A DNA stretch of 64,000 bases from Octopus bimaculoides (Eukaryota), in the NCBI RefSeq assembly GCF_001194135.2, contig NC_068983.1, forward strand, positions 29,014,865-29,078,864, given 5' to 3'. Positions within the stretch are counted from its first letter, which is position 1. Every line of letters begins with the position of its first letter. This document shows positions 12,377-25,621 of this stretch, one piece after another. Made by a program: the position numbers and the translations under genes. The notes beneath the pieces are model-generated. The model was not told where the DNA came from, ran no database searches, and worked only from the letters and a program-made list of their open reading frames with translations.

Positions 12377-12554
12377 AGGCGCAGGAGTGGCTGTGGCTGT
12401 GTGGTAAGTAGCTTGCTTACCAACCACATGGTTCCGGGTTCAGTCCCACTGCGTGGCATCTTGGGCAAGTGTCTTCTACTATAGCCTCGGGCCGACCAAA
12501 GCCTTGTTAGTAGATTTGGTAGACGGAAACTGAAAGAAGCCCGTCGTACATATG

Positions 12555-12585
<31 letters not shown>

Positions 12586-12985
12586 GTTTGTGTCTGTGTT
12601 TGTCCCCCCCCCCCACCAACATCGCTTGACAACCANNNNNNNNNNNNNNNNNNNNNNNNNNNNNNNNNNNNNNNNNNNNNNNNNNNNNNNNNNNNNNNNN
12701 NNNNNNNNNNNNNNNNNNNNNNNNNNNNNNNNNNNNNNNNNNNNNNNNNNNNNNNNNNNNNNNNNNNNNNNNNNNNNNNNNNNNNNNNNNNNNNNNNNNN
12801 NNNNNNNNNNNNNNNNNNNNNNNNNNNNNNNNNNNNNNNNNNNNCTTAGCAGTTCAGCAAAAGAGACCGATAGAATAAGTACTAGGCATCCAAAGAATAA
12901 GTCCTGGGGTTGATTTGCTCGACTAAAGGCAGTGCTCCAGCATGGCCGCAGTCAAATGACTGAAACAAGTAAAAGAGTAAAAGAG
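12377..12985 (+). mobile_element. Family A bipartite SINE (tRNA-like head, CORE-like ccttgggcaagtg, central microsatellite, right arm)
   Basis: TGGCTGTGTGG A box and GGTTCAGTCCC B box; more than 20 related copies in the window; contains a gap. Confidence 0.85.
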
Positions 12986-13510
12986 AAAAAAAGAATAAAT
13001 CGTTGCACTACCTAAGAATTTGAGTGATTCTGCATTTCAGTAAGAAATTCATATAACATACATATGACAACAGAATATCAAACTCACTTATTTACTAGAT
13101 ACAACCAAGAGAAAGAAAGCTGTTGCAACATTGGTGATAGTATCCAAGATTGGCTACAGCCTACAGGCTAGAACTAGTAAAAGAATAAGAATAAAAAGAA
13201 TGCTTGCTCAAAAATATTCTACTTTCAGAAATAAAGTGAACTTTTTTGCTCCTTATTTAAGTTTTATCACATACCTTGAAACAAAACCTTATTCGTGTAC
13301 GTTATATACAGCAAAACCAAAAAGTAAACTAACAAGAAAAAACTAGGTCCATAGCTGTCAAAATTCCACGAGAGCTTATTCTGGAGTAAAACAAAAAAAA
13401 ATCGATATTAATCATAAGAAGTGAAAGAAATGATAACACAATAGATGAGAATATCAAAGAACTTAAATAACATAAACCTATACAATAAATGTAACCTTAA
13501 CATAAGCTAC

Positions 13511-13544
<34 letters not shown>

Positions 13545-13906
13545 ATATGTATATATATATATATGTATGTATGTATGTATATATGTGTATACACACATAT
13601 ATATGTGTATATGTAAATACATATATATTATATGTATTATATTATATCTTTATGTAGGATCGATCCATCAGCCTATTTGTTAGTTGTGACAATGTAGCTG
13701 ATGGACAGACAGATGTATAGGTAAATGGATGTATGATGAGATACACTCACACGCACGTATATGTGCGCACACAAAACACCAGCACACATGTGCATACACA
13801 TACTACACACCTGCAATATGACTAAACACAATGGAAGGACAAAAGCTAAACAAGACTAGCAACGTACAGAAATCACTCCACATTTGGACAAGATATGGCA
13901 ACATAC

Positions 13907-14040
13907 AGTAGTAGTAGTAGTAGTGGTAGTGGTAGTAGTAGTAGTGGTGGTGGTGGTGGTGGTGGCAGCAGTACCAGTAATAGTAGTAGTAGTTGTAGTA
14001 GTAGTAGTAGTAGCAGCAACAGCAGCAGTGATTGTGGTGG
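13907..14040. repeat. Compound (TAG)n/(TGG)n/(CAG)n triplet microsatellite
   Basis: Directly visible; lies about 100 bp upstream of exon 4. Confidence 0.9.
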
Positions 14041-14133
14041 TGTACAGTACTTTGATTTTCTTGGTTGGTTTTTTTTTTTTTTTTACTTTGTTTTGTTTTC
14101 GTTTTTTTTTTTTTGTTCTTTTGGCTTCATAAG

Positions 14134-14190
14134 ATAGTCTTTCAGAAAGACCAGACAGAACTCATAACCAAATGTAAATCAATGTGGAAG
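14134..14190 (+). CDS. Gene A exon 4 (IVFQKDQTELITKCKSMWK)
   Basis: Poly-T tract then cttcataag acceptor; AAG|GTATGA donor; phase 0 to 0. Confidence 0.65.
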
Positions 14191-15163
14191 GTATGACTAG
14201 ATGAAGTTAATGTAGTTAATCTTCAATTTGAATTGTTACATACTCTTGCATGGTCTGGGGAATTTCTTGCAGTATGTAGGAATGTGTTTTTACTCAAATG
14301 GATCGAGACAGAAAGTGAGATAAAACCGACTCTGGTAGAGACAGACAGGTTGATACAGGCAGAGAAAGGTTATTGTCGTGTTGGGGCAGTATCGTCAGGA
14401 AGTTCTTCACAATTTTCCTTGATGTTAGTAGCGTCAGCATTGTCATCAATGTTTTATACCACAAGGCATATGCTATACTATATTGATACAACGGTATGGT
14501 GCACAAGATATGTAATATGATAACAAGATAACATGATAACATGAAACAAAAATATGTTATGGAACTAGAACAAGCATATTTAGTTGCAGGGAAAATTAAG
14601 TTATAATAAGACTGCGTGGGTAGAATGTTTGGCCAGGAATCATAATTGTTTTGAATGCCAAAGTATTTATTAATCAGATCAATTGCGGTTGGCAAAGAAG
14701 AATCGAAATGGATTCCAAGAAATAGATCAATCTTGCTTAGCTTACAACTGTTATTAGTTCTCCAATAACAGCAACATATTTGCAGAAATGGCACAATGCT
14801 GGATTAAATGTTGTTCAGATACATAGTTTTGTTTTGTTCTTTTGCATTTGTAGTTCAAATCCCAATGGATTCAGTTCGTTTTTGGCTTTCATCTTTCAAG
14901 TGTCAATGCAATAAGTACCAGATATTTTATCTGTCAGTTCATTGAAATATTGAAGAAATGTTTTGAGAAATTGATCAAAATTCATGGCATAACTGTGTGG
15001 CAGGTGTAGATATGGTTGTGTGAAGAAAACTGATTGAAAACCATAGATTTTAAGTTCAATCTCATTGCATGGTACATTCAGCAAATATTTTCTACTCTAA
15101 CTAGTTATTTGCCTAGTGAGCAAATGTGATAGGTAGAAACTATGCGAAACCTTGCAGACATGT

Positions 15164-15240
<77 letters not shown>

Positions 15241-16330
15241 TGTGTGTGTATACAAATACATAAAAGGAAGCTGCATGTATAATACATAACTTAGAAGCAG
15301 CGCTATGGATGTACCAGCATGGATCTCAAATATAATTTAAAAAAGATGCAAAAATTCTCCCTTTTTCTCTCCCCATTGTCTCTCCATTTTCTTCCTTTCC
15401 CCCTCACACACACACACACACTGCATTGAAGAGGAAATAAGAGTTTGACTGTCTTAAATCTTAATATTGAAGGAGTCCAACAACATCAAGCTCATTATGT
15501 ATGCGTTACATTAATTTCATTTGAAAAATTAAGTGAACAAAAATTATAAATATTTTTCTTTGGCATATCTACAATATATATACAAAGATGCATGCCTAGC
15601 TGTGTCATTAAAAAGTTTTCTTTCCCCCAATAAATATTGTTTCAAGCTTCAGTTCAGTCCCACTATTGGGCACCTTAGACATGTCTTCTTCTTTAACCTT
15701 GAGCTGACTGAAGCTTTGTAAGGCGCTTTGGTTGGCAGGAACTGAAAGAAACCCATCATAAGCACTCAGTACACTCGGTAAAGTAGTTGGAATTAAAAAG
15801 GACATCCAGCTGTAGAAACCATGACAAAATACTAAGGGTGCAGCCCTTATCCCTGCTTGCCAGCTCCTATCAAACTGTCCAACCCATGCCGACATGGAAA
15901 ACAGATGTTAAATGATGACAATGATGATAATGATAATATATATATAAATCTATGTGCTTGTGTGTGAGGACACATAGCCTAGTATGGTTAGGGTGTTGCA
16001 CGCACGCTCATGAGATCATGGGTTCGATTCCTGAACTGGAAGGTGTATTGTGTGCTTGAACAATACACTTCATCTCATGTTGCTCTGGGATCATTTTGGT
16101 ATTTAATATGTGGCACACACTGCACCTACACAGGTTATGTCAATTTGAGTGATGGAGAGAGTGAGCTTACAAAGCATCATGAACATTTGATTACTATAAA
16201 TAAATCATCTGTGTGATTGTTCAGCAAGAAATTGCAAATCCCTCATCTAGCATTTAATGATAGGGACAGTCCCCAGTGTAGTATATATATATATATATAT
16301 NNNNNNNNNNNNNNNNNNNNNNNNNNNNNN

Positions 16331-16388
<58 letters not shown>

Positions 16389-17132
16389 ATGTAGTTGTGT
16401 GCATTTTCATATTAGAATTGAAAAAAATGAACAATCAGTATTTCAGTTGTTATAACAAATAAATATGCTACAATGTTTCCTTATTGATAAAATAACATAA
16501 ATGATGCAGCATAATGAATGTCTTGTCAATAAGACCTGTCTCTTATATTGTGTAACTTCAAAATGTTTGGAAACCACTGATATAGTCTGACGCCTATGAC
16601 GTCTCACTGTTTTGAATTTAAATATGAAAGTCATTTGTTTCTTGCAAATCCCAGAAACACAGAGCTATGGTAAAGACGTCTCAGATATTGATTGGAGAGA
16701 GGAGAGAAAAATAGAGCATTGATTGAACCTAATTTCATTTACTGCTGACTCTCATATTCATTGCCTGCATAATAAGCAATGAATGCTGGAGATTACACCA
16801 GTTTAGGAGACATTAAACAGTTGAAAGGCATCACCCTTCTTGACTGGAGGTAATAGTCTTTCACAAGGTTGGCCCATGGAAGAATTAGAGCAGAATCTTG
16901 CAAATGAAAATGTTGTCAGCTATAGGCACAACATGGCTTTGTAATTAAGAAGCTTACTTTGCAATCCTGTGGTTTGGGGTTCAGTCCCACTGTGTGACAC
17001 CATGGGCAAGTGCCTCCTATAGCCCTAAGGTGACCAATGCCTTATGAGTGAATTTGGTACATGAAACTTGTGTGGAAGACCATCATGTGTGTGTGTGTAT
17101 GTATCTCTCTCTCTCTATTTATCTATCTATCA

Positions 17133-17192
<60 letters not shown>

Positions 17193-17473
17193 NNNNNNNN
17201 NNNNNNNNNNNNNNNNNNNNNNNNNNNNNNNNNNNNNNNNNNNNNNNNNNNNNNNNNNNNNNNNNNNNNNNNNNNNNNNNNNNNNNNNNNNNNNNNNNNN
17301 NNNNNNNNNNNNNNNNNNNNNNNNNNNNNNNNNNNNNNNNNNNNNNNNNNNNNNNNNNNNNNNNNNNNNNNNNNNNNNNNNNNNNNNNNNNNNNNNNNNN
17401 NNNNNNNNNNNNNNNNNNNNNNNNNNNNNNTACAAGTTTTATTTATTTTTTTCCCTGTTTACTTTCTCTTATT

Positions 17474-17510
17474 CCTTACTGTTGAAGAGCATAGGCTTGA
17501 AACGTAAAAG
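17474..17510 (+). ncRNA. Hammerhead-like motif, copy 2 (repeat about 17440-17600)
   Basis: cctta CTGTTGA a GAG catagg CTT GAAA cg ta aaag. Confidence 0.4.
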
Positions 17511-18199
17511 ACTTTACCATTTTTCCCAAGCATCAAACTAATACACTTGTTTGTTGTTCATACACCTGTCTTTGTCTTTTGCTTTTCTATAAATTTCAAC
17601 TATATATATATATATATATCCGAGTGTGTGTACATGCATGTGTGTGTGCATGTGTGAATGTTGATATGCCAATGTTCACATTCCTATTTCTTGTTTATAT
17701 TATGACAGGCCACTCTCAGACAGCAAAATGGCAGAATCGTTAGCATGCCAGGAAAAATGCTTAGCAGCTTTCCATCTGTCTTTACATTCTGAGTTCAAAT
17801 TCCACCAAGGTCAACTTTGCCTTTCATCTTGTCCAGGTCAATAAAATAAGTTACCAATTGAGCACCCAGGCCAATATAATCAACTGGCCCTCTCCCCCAA
17901 ACTTATAGGTTTTGTGCCTATTCGATTATGACAGGTCACTTTGCACTCTCAAAGACCAGTAAAAATATCCCTTAAATAACTAATAGTTGTTAACAAGAGG
18001 CTATTCCAGTATTAAAAATTCTGATTCATAGAACTCTTCATCTAAAATTATGCCAGAATGAAAAATGGGTGTTAAATGTATGAATGAATTTGACTCCTTG
18101 GAACCATTAGTAGAGTCCTCTATGGTATGGTGAGCATTCAGATTAGATCCCTGGTTTGAGGATAACCCATAATTCATGGATTATCTTCAGATTAGTCAT

Positions 18200-18670
18200 C
18201 CGCATCATCATTATTTAACATCCATTTTCCATGCTGGCGTGAATTGGACATTTTGACAGGAGCTGCCAAGCCAGAGGGCTGCAGCAGTCTCCAGCTATCT
18301 GTTTTGGCATGGTTTCTATGGTTGGATGCCCTTCCTAATGCCAACCACTTTACAGAGTGTACCAGGTGCTTCTTTTGTGGCACCAGCAATGGTGCTTTTT
18401 ACATGGCACCAGAAATTATGCTTTTTACGTGGCACCAGCAATTGTGCTTTTTACATGGCACCAACAATGGTGCATTTTATGTGGCACCAGCAATGGTGCA
18501 TTTTATGTGCCACCAGCAATGGTGCTTTTTATGTGACACCAGGTATGGTGCTTTTTACGTGGCACCAGAAATGGTGCTTCTTATGTGACACCAGCAATGG
18601 TGCTTCTTACGTGGCACCAGCAATGGTGCTTTTTACATGGCACCAGGAATGGTGCTTTTTACATGGTGTG
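18200..18670 (-). mobile_element. Family D repeat (RTE-like (GAT)n tail) carrying a 26-bp minisatellite; other copies about 5985-6266, 15760-15935, 23471-23700 and 54165-54320
   Basis: Shared ggatgcccttcctaatgccaaccact and ccatgctggc..catcatcat motifs. Confidence 0.7.
18365..18668. repeat. 26-bp minisatellite, 11 copies
   Basis: Unit (g/a)tggcaccagcaatggtgctttttac. Confidence 0.95.
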
Positions 18671-18781
18671 GCCATGATTTTACTTTTACTCAGCTTGAAG
18701 TGTCTTCTCTAGCACAGCAAATTGTCAAAAGTTTCAGTCTCTTGTCAGTTTTCAAAGAAAATTAGAAAGCGAAAATATATC

Positions 18782-18855
<74 letters not shown>

Positions 18856-19269
18856 TAGCTCTTTGTACTTGTCTAGTAAATATATTGATCTGAGACCAAG
18901 TTTTGAAACTGAAGCAATTTTATTGTAGGAAAGACATTTTAATAATTTAAAAACTCACAAAAGCTGTTAAATTCACTTTACATTTGCTACAGGAGAAATC
19001 AAAGAATTTTATTTGCACAACTGTGACCTGCTCACTGACACAGTTCCACTATATAAATGGTGAGATTGTGTGAGTGACCAGATGGTAGTTGTGAGATGAA
19101 AATTTTGGCACATCATAAAATAAATTAAAAGTGAATTTAACAGTTTTTGTATGCTTTTAAATGACTGACATGGCTCTTCTATTAGATAAATAAAGAAAAT
19201 CACAGGAAAAATATGGTAAAGAGGTTATGATGAAATGACATGTACCAACAAAACAGGGAGGGGAATATC

Positions 19270-19480
19270 TTTATTTCTTTTTTATTTGTTTCAATCATTT
19301 GACTGTGGCTATGCTAGGGAGCCACCTTAATGTGTTTTAGTTAAATGAATCAACCCAAGTATTTATTTTTTAAAGTTTGGGACTTGATTCATTGGTCGTT
19401 TTTGCTAAACTGTTAAGTTATGGGGAAGAAAACAAACCAACACTTGTCAAGCCAAGGGGTGGTCAAAAACAAACACAAAG

Positions 19481-19518
<38 letters not shown>

Positions 19519-20127
19519 GCACATGTATACAATGGGCTTTGACACACAGTTTCTGTCTACTCAGTACATTCACAAGGCATTGGTCAGCCCAGGGTTATAG
19601 TTGAAGGCATTTGCCTAAGGTGCCACACAGTGGGACTAAATCCAAAATAGTGTGGTTGGGAATCAAAATTCTGAACCACGTAGCCACACCTGTGGTTATA
19701 TATNNNNNNNNNNNNNNNNNNNNNNNNNNNNNNNNNNNNNNNNNNNNNNNNNNNNNNNNNNNNNNNNNNNNNNNNNNNNNNNNNNNNNNNNNNNNNNNNN
19801 NNNNNNNNNNNNNNNNNNNNNNNNNNNNNNNNNNNNNNNNNNNNNNNNNNNNNNNNNNNNNNNNNNNNNNNNNNNNNNNNNNNNNNNNNNNNNNNNNNNN
19901 NNNNNNNAATTTATTTAGATATTTATTATAAGGAAAGTGTTATTATTTTATCTTTTTTCTTTTGTAGCCATGTTGGGGCATCACCTTCAAGAATTTTTAG
20001 TTGAATGAATCACCCCCAGTACTAATTCTTTTAAGCCTGGCACTTATTCTATTGATCACATTTGCTAAACCACTAAGTTATGGGGACCGGTTGTCAAGCA
20101 GTAGTGGAGAGAAACACAGCTACAAAG

Positions 20128-20166
<39 letters not shown>

Positions 20167-20330
20167 CACAATGGGCTTCTTTCAGTTTCCATCTACCAAG
20201 TCCACTCACAAGGCTTTTGTGGGCCCAAGGATATAGTGGACGACACTAACCCAAGGTTCCATGCAATGGGACTGAACCCAAAACCATTTGGTTAGAAAGC
20301 ATGCTTCTTACCACACAGTCATACCTGCAC
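19270..20330 (-). mobile_element. Two older family A SINE copies in tandem
   Basis: Diverged consensus matches at about 19270-19692 and 19950-20330. Confidence 0.75.
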
Positions 20331-21710
20331 CTTTTGTGAAACTTTATAAATTTTGATGCTATGACATCAAATAAGAAGAGACATTTAATCACGATATAAG
20401 AAAGTTATTAAAATATATATATAAAAGATAAAATAAAATATATTAAAATAAAAGTTTGATATTTTCAATAATTAACTGACCGACTAAAAATTAGCCACAA
20501 GTTTGAAAAAGTAGTAAAAATTTTCAAATAAAATTCAGATATATAAATATCAGGTAGTAGAAATGATCACAAAAGCAACTGAAAACACACAGTATAGAGA
20601 GGTCATTTATTTTGTTAGCATGCAATGTGAATATTAGAACAATGTGAGATAATGAAGTTGCCAAAATTCCATAGTTCAAACGAGGAAGAGTAGAAAAATA
20701 TCTTCTAAGACAGAAAAGCATTTTACTAACTGAAACATTTTCACCTCTGCCACAACAGTGAATGATAATGTTATTTGCAGAATAATGCTTTAAACCATAG
20801 ATGTTTTTACACCAGGTAAAATGCTTAGTTCAAATTCCACCGAGATCAACTTTGGCTTTTATCCTTTCAGGGTCATTAAATAAAGTGCCAATGAAACACT
20901 GGGGTTGATGTATTCGACAAGTCCCTTCCTCCAAAATTTCAGGCCTTGTGCCTTTAGTAAAAAGGTTTATTGTAATTATTAAAGAGGTGAGCTGAAAGAA
21001 TCATCACTGCACCAGACAAAATGCTTAGTAGCATTTCATCTGTCTTATCGTTCTGAGTTCAAATTCTGCCAAGGTCGACTTTGCCTTTCATCCTTTTGGG
21101 GTTGATAAATTAAGTACCAGTTGAGTAGTGGGGTTGATGTAATCAACTTAACTCCTCCCTAAAAATTTCAGTTTCTATCTACCAAATCCACTCATAAGGC
21201 TTTGGTTGGCCCAAGGCTATAGTAGAAGACACTTGCCCAAGGTGCCACGCAGTGGGACTGAACCCGGAACCATGTGGTTGGTAAGCAAGCTACTTACCAC
21301 ACAGCCACTCCTGACATAACTATCTTTTTTTTTTTTCCAGATATATAATTTGATCCAATGTATTCCTGTATAATATTTTTATAATATTATTGAAGGGAAA
21401 TATGGCTATTTCTAGCAGATCTAGTAATCATGTACAAGCTCCTTTGCTGACTCATGCTATACGACAGCCAGTAATTACAGTTGGCGTTAAATAATCAAAA
21501 TTGTTTTGCTGGCATCCTATATCATCTCATGTCAAGAACAAACATCACCTAAATTTACAATATCGTTAGATTAGCACTTTGGGGGTGACAAATATTTCAC
21601 ACATTTTTTTTTCTTATTTTATGTTATTCTGTTCCACATCCTAGAAATATAATTGAAACCACTCATTCACCACAGACCATTAAGCTACTCATCCATTTCT
21701 GGAAGGTAGG

Positions 21711-21741
<31 letters not shown>

Positions 21742-21797
21742 CACGCGCATGCGTGTATGTGTGTGTGTCTCTCTCTCTCATTATTTTCTGTTATCAG

Positions 21798-21869
21798 GTA
21801 ATATTGGATAAGAGCAGAGCAACATCAGTGATAGGATATAAACTAATAAATCTAGAGCAGAAAGGCTAA
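21798..21869 (+). CDS. Gene A candidate terminal exon (VILDKSRATSVIGYKLINLEQKG-stop), followed by about 700 bp of repeat-free putative 3' UTR
   Basis: ttattttctgttatcag acceptor; only the phase-0 frame is open; ends at TAA 21867-21869. Confidence 0.45.
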   Translation, partial: VILDKSRATSVIGYKLINLEQKG

Positions 21870-23714
21870 GACATAATCCATTCAAGTGTTGAGATTTCTC
21901 AATCAATAAGTAAACTGCTGATATCATAAATGACTGATGGATTCCAAAATAGTATTAAGTGCTCTCTCCAAGCTCTCGTTTCTAAAACACCGAGAAAGTT
22001 TCACTTTAAGAAGTTACATAATTCACATCCCAATAGGATTTTGAATGTTTCTCTTTGTTCATTTTAGTTGTAGATTCGTCTGTTATCAGCAAGTTTTATT
22101 GAAATGTATTCTTTGTTTGTCTGCGTGTGATATAATTGCTCCCTTGGGTTGGCTGAAAGTCAATATGGTTATCTGGTGTTAATGAAACCCATTCTGGGAA
22201 TTTCACCACATGGAAAAGTAATGGAATATTTAATAACTTTGACAAGAAAATAGGTGTGAACATTACTGTCCTCTGAAACAAGTGATTTTGCTGTTAAAAT
22301 GATAAAAAGGTGTCAGATGAACTAAGCAAGCGGCTGAAAAATCACGGAATAAAATAATCGATCTATTGAGAAAGCATTCAACATATGAGTTTAGTAATTT
22401 GAAATTCAGTTTGTACCAGCCCCAAAGGAAACTTTTGTAGTCATTGATAAAAGCTAGTCTTAATGTGAGAGGATTGAAACAAACACAATGCATGAGTGTT
22501 AAAAGTCTCTTAATCTTTTTCTTATGTTCAACAACCTAAAACTGTAAACTTCTGCAAGTCTTCATACATATGCTTACTCAAGCAGTTTTTATAAGAAGAG
22601 CAACATAAGATGTTTATGATAGGATTTAAGTATGAAAACTTAATGAAAACCAAATAGACGGTGAACTGACAAGAGTCATTAGAGTGTTGGATAGATTGCC
22701 TCTTGGTATATGTATTTATACTAATCTTCTGTGTCTGAATTCAAATCCTACTGAGGTCAAATTTACCTTTATTATTTTGTAAGCAGTTGAAAAGTACCAA
22801 ACCAGGGGCAACGAATTAATGAAACAGTTAGCGGGTTGGGAAAGATGTCTTGTGGTGTCTGTTGCAGCTCTTTACATTCTGTCAGCAATGATTACAATGA
22901 TGCTGGTGCCAAACTGTATCAGCCTAAGTTAGCAGTCTTTTCTTTAAATAAATACCAATGATCTGGAGTAGGGACACTTACATATGCATGGACAACTGCC
23001 AGTCTTCTTCAAAATATCTTGCACAGACCTGCCACATACATGTATAGATGTATGATCAACCTTGACTAACAGAACTCTACTGCAATAGTGAACACCAGTA
23101 AGAACCCATGCCTGCATGGAAAACAGGCATTAAAGGACGATGATGATTATATATATATGTGTGTGTGTGTGTATGTGTGTGTTCATATAATGATATCTAC
23201 CAAATGTATTGGTAAGATAAAACATGCAATTGTTACCAAAATAGCAAAAATCCTGAGGATGTGTAAGGTAATTTATTTAACTTAAATTAAGAGTTAAATT
23301 GGACCTTATACAGAAATGTTTACATAGGTAATAAACTTTAATATATATATGGATTTAGCATCAAAGCTCTTATTTAAATTTTAAATTTTATATATATGTG
23401 TGTGTGTGTGTGTGTATGTATATATACATTTGAGAGAGAAAGAGAGGGAGAGGGGGGAGAGAGAGAGTTGTATCATCATCATCATCATCATCATCATCAC
23501 CATTTAGTGTCTGTATTCCAAGCTGGCAAGAGTTGTATACTCTGAGAAGCCTGAAGGCTGCATTGGTCTCCAGTGTCTAGTTTGGTAAGGTTTCTAAGGA
23601 TGGATGCCCTCCCTAACACTAACCACTTCACAGAGCATACTGGGTGAATTTTTCAATACATCAGCACTAGTGAAGACACTAAGTAACTCTCCCAAGGGCC
23701 AAGAACATGTGCCT

Positions 23715-23824
23715 TACTGTAGAGAAGATACGAGGGTACTGTAGAGAAGATACAAGGGTACTGTAGAGAAGATACAAGGGTACTGTAGAGAAGATACAAT
23801 GGTACTGTAGAGAAGATACAAGGG
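23715..23824. repeat. 22-bp minisatellite, 5 copies
   Basis: Unit tactgtagagaagatacaaggg. Confidence 0.95.
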
Positions 23825-23896
23825 AAATAGGATGGTGGGAGATCTGGTCTTCAAACTAAACACAATACCATATGGTCAGGCAAGCATGGTTCTTAA

Positions 23897-24083
23897 CCCT
23901 GTAGCATTTAAACCACTCAAGTATTCTACCTATTTTATGTTGAAATTGGCTAGATCTGGCCTCTCACACCTACCTTACAACATCATTCTAATTCTTAAAG
24001 CTAAGAGATAATGTATGATTAATTGAAAATAATGTGAATAGATGAGCATTACATTTGACAGAAAGAACTTGATCGCTAAAGGG
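23897..24083. mobile_element. piggyBac-like MITE
   Basis: TTAA|CCCTGTAGC ... GCTAAAGGG|TTAA. Confidence 0.65.
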
Positions 24084-24385
24084 TTAAACAAAACCCATCC
24101 TAATTATGAAAATGTGTGTAAAACTATAGCACTTGAAAATATTTAACAAATAGACAATTCAAAAATACAAATCTAATCATCTGTAAACCTCTTTAATTAT
24201 GCAAGTAAACAATACATTTGAACGTCTAATTATAAAAAGCCACAAAATAATTTATATAACTTTCTGTTAATGCTTCATCAGTAGAACTTAGAACATAAAA
24301 ACACAGGTTTGTATTGTGAACATTGAGTTTATAAACAAATCCCAGTGGCTCTCAGAAAACACACAATCAAAGACAAAGTATCCAT

Positions 24386-24419
<34 letters not shown>

Positions 24420-24759
24420 TTACCACAAGATATTTGCTTTTTACTTTGATCCTGTGTGTCAAGAGTAATTTGAATTTATTGAATTAATCTTCAGAAAAAT
24501 AAATTTGTGTATTTCTTTTACTTTTACTTGTTTTAGTCATTATATTTCAGCCATGCTGGAGCAATGCATTGAAGAATTTTAGTCAAATGAATCAATGCCA
24601 GTAGTTATTTCTTTAAGCCTGGTACTTATTCAGTCAGTTCATTTCGCTGAACTGCTAAGTTACAAGGATTTAAATGTACCAACATCAACTGTCGAGCAAT
24701 GGTAGAAAACAAACATACACATACATACACTCACACACACACACACAAACACACAAACA

Positions 24760-24834
<75 letters not shown>

Positions 24835-25171
24835 TTGACAAAAACAAAAAATAGAACAATCCAGCATGGTCAATTGTCAGAATTATAAGATTGTCAACCA
24901 ATATGCCTGGAGGTATTTGTTCCACTCGTTATGTTCGGATTTCAAATCCTATCATTGCCAACTGAAGGTGCTGGACTTAATCCATCACCCAGCTTAACAC
25001 CACCATCTGCCACCCTAGGTGCTTTTAGTCCAATCTGTTGCAAGCATTCAGATAAGATTTTTTTGTCCATGGATGATTTCCTCTGTTCCTCTGGCCAATC
25101 TCAAAAGTACCCATGATCCCTCACAGGGTCATTTGTGCAACATTCTCTCCTAACTAACAGTCACTCTTTTA

Positions 25172-25572
25172 CTTTTTTACTCTTTTATTTGTTTCAGTCA
25201 TTTGACTGTGGCCATGCTGGAGCACCACCTTTAGTCAAGCAAATCGACCCCAGGACTTATTCTTTGTAAGCCTAGTACTTATTCTATCGGTCTCTCTTGC
25301 CGAACCGCTAAGTTACGGGGACGTAAACACACCAGCTTCAGTTGTCAAACGATGTTGGGGGGACAAACACAGACACACAAACACATACACACACACATAT
25401 ATATACATATATACGACGGGCTTCTTTCAGTTTCCGCCTACCAAATCCACTCACAAGGCTTTGGTCAGCCCGAGGCTATAGTAGAAGACACTTGCCCAAT
25501 GTGCCACACAGTGGGACTGAACCCGGAGCCATGTGGTTTGCAAGCAAGCTACTTACCACACAGCCACTCCTA
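25172..25572 (-). mobile_element. Family A SINE, complete
   Basis: Reverse complement of the same consensus. Confidence 0.9.
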
Positions 25573-25621
25573 CTTATTATGTCACCAGTTATTTTAAAAA
25601 AATGAAATGTGTGTGTTTGTA

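Noticed and set aside
14530-14570. SECIS-like ATGA..AA hairpin downstream of the in-frame TGA
   Set aside because: The helix is only about 6 bp and lacks a correctly placed 3' GA quartet, so selenocysteine is not supported.
18244-18712. 114-aa and 128-aa repetitive ORFs
   Set aside because: Products of the 26-bp minisatellite.
22096-22535. Minus-strand ORFs as gene C exons
   Set aside because: Composition looks like AT-rich noncoding translation and both strands give fragmentary frames; more simply gene A's 3' UTR.
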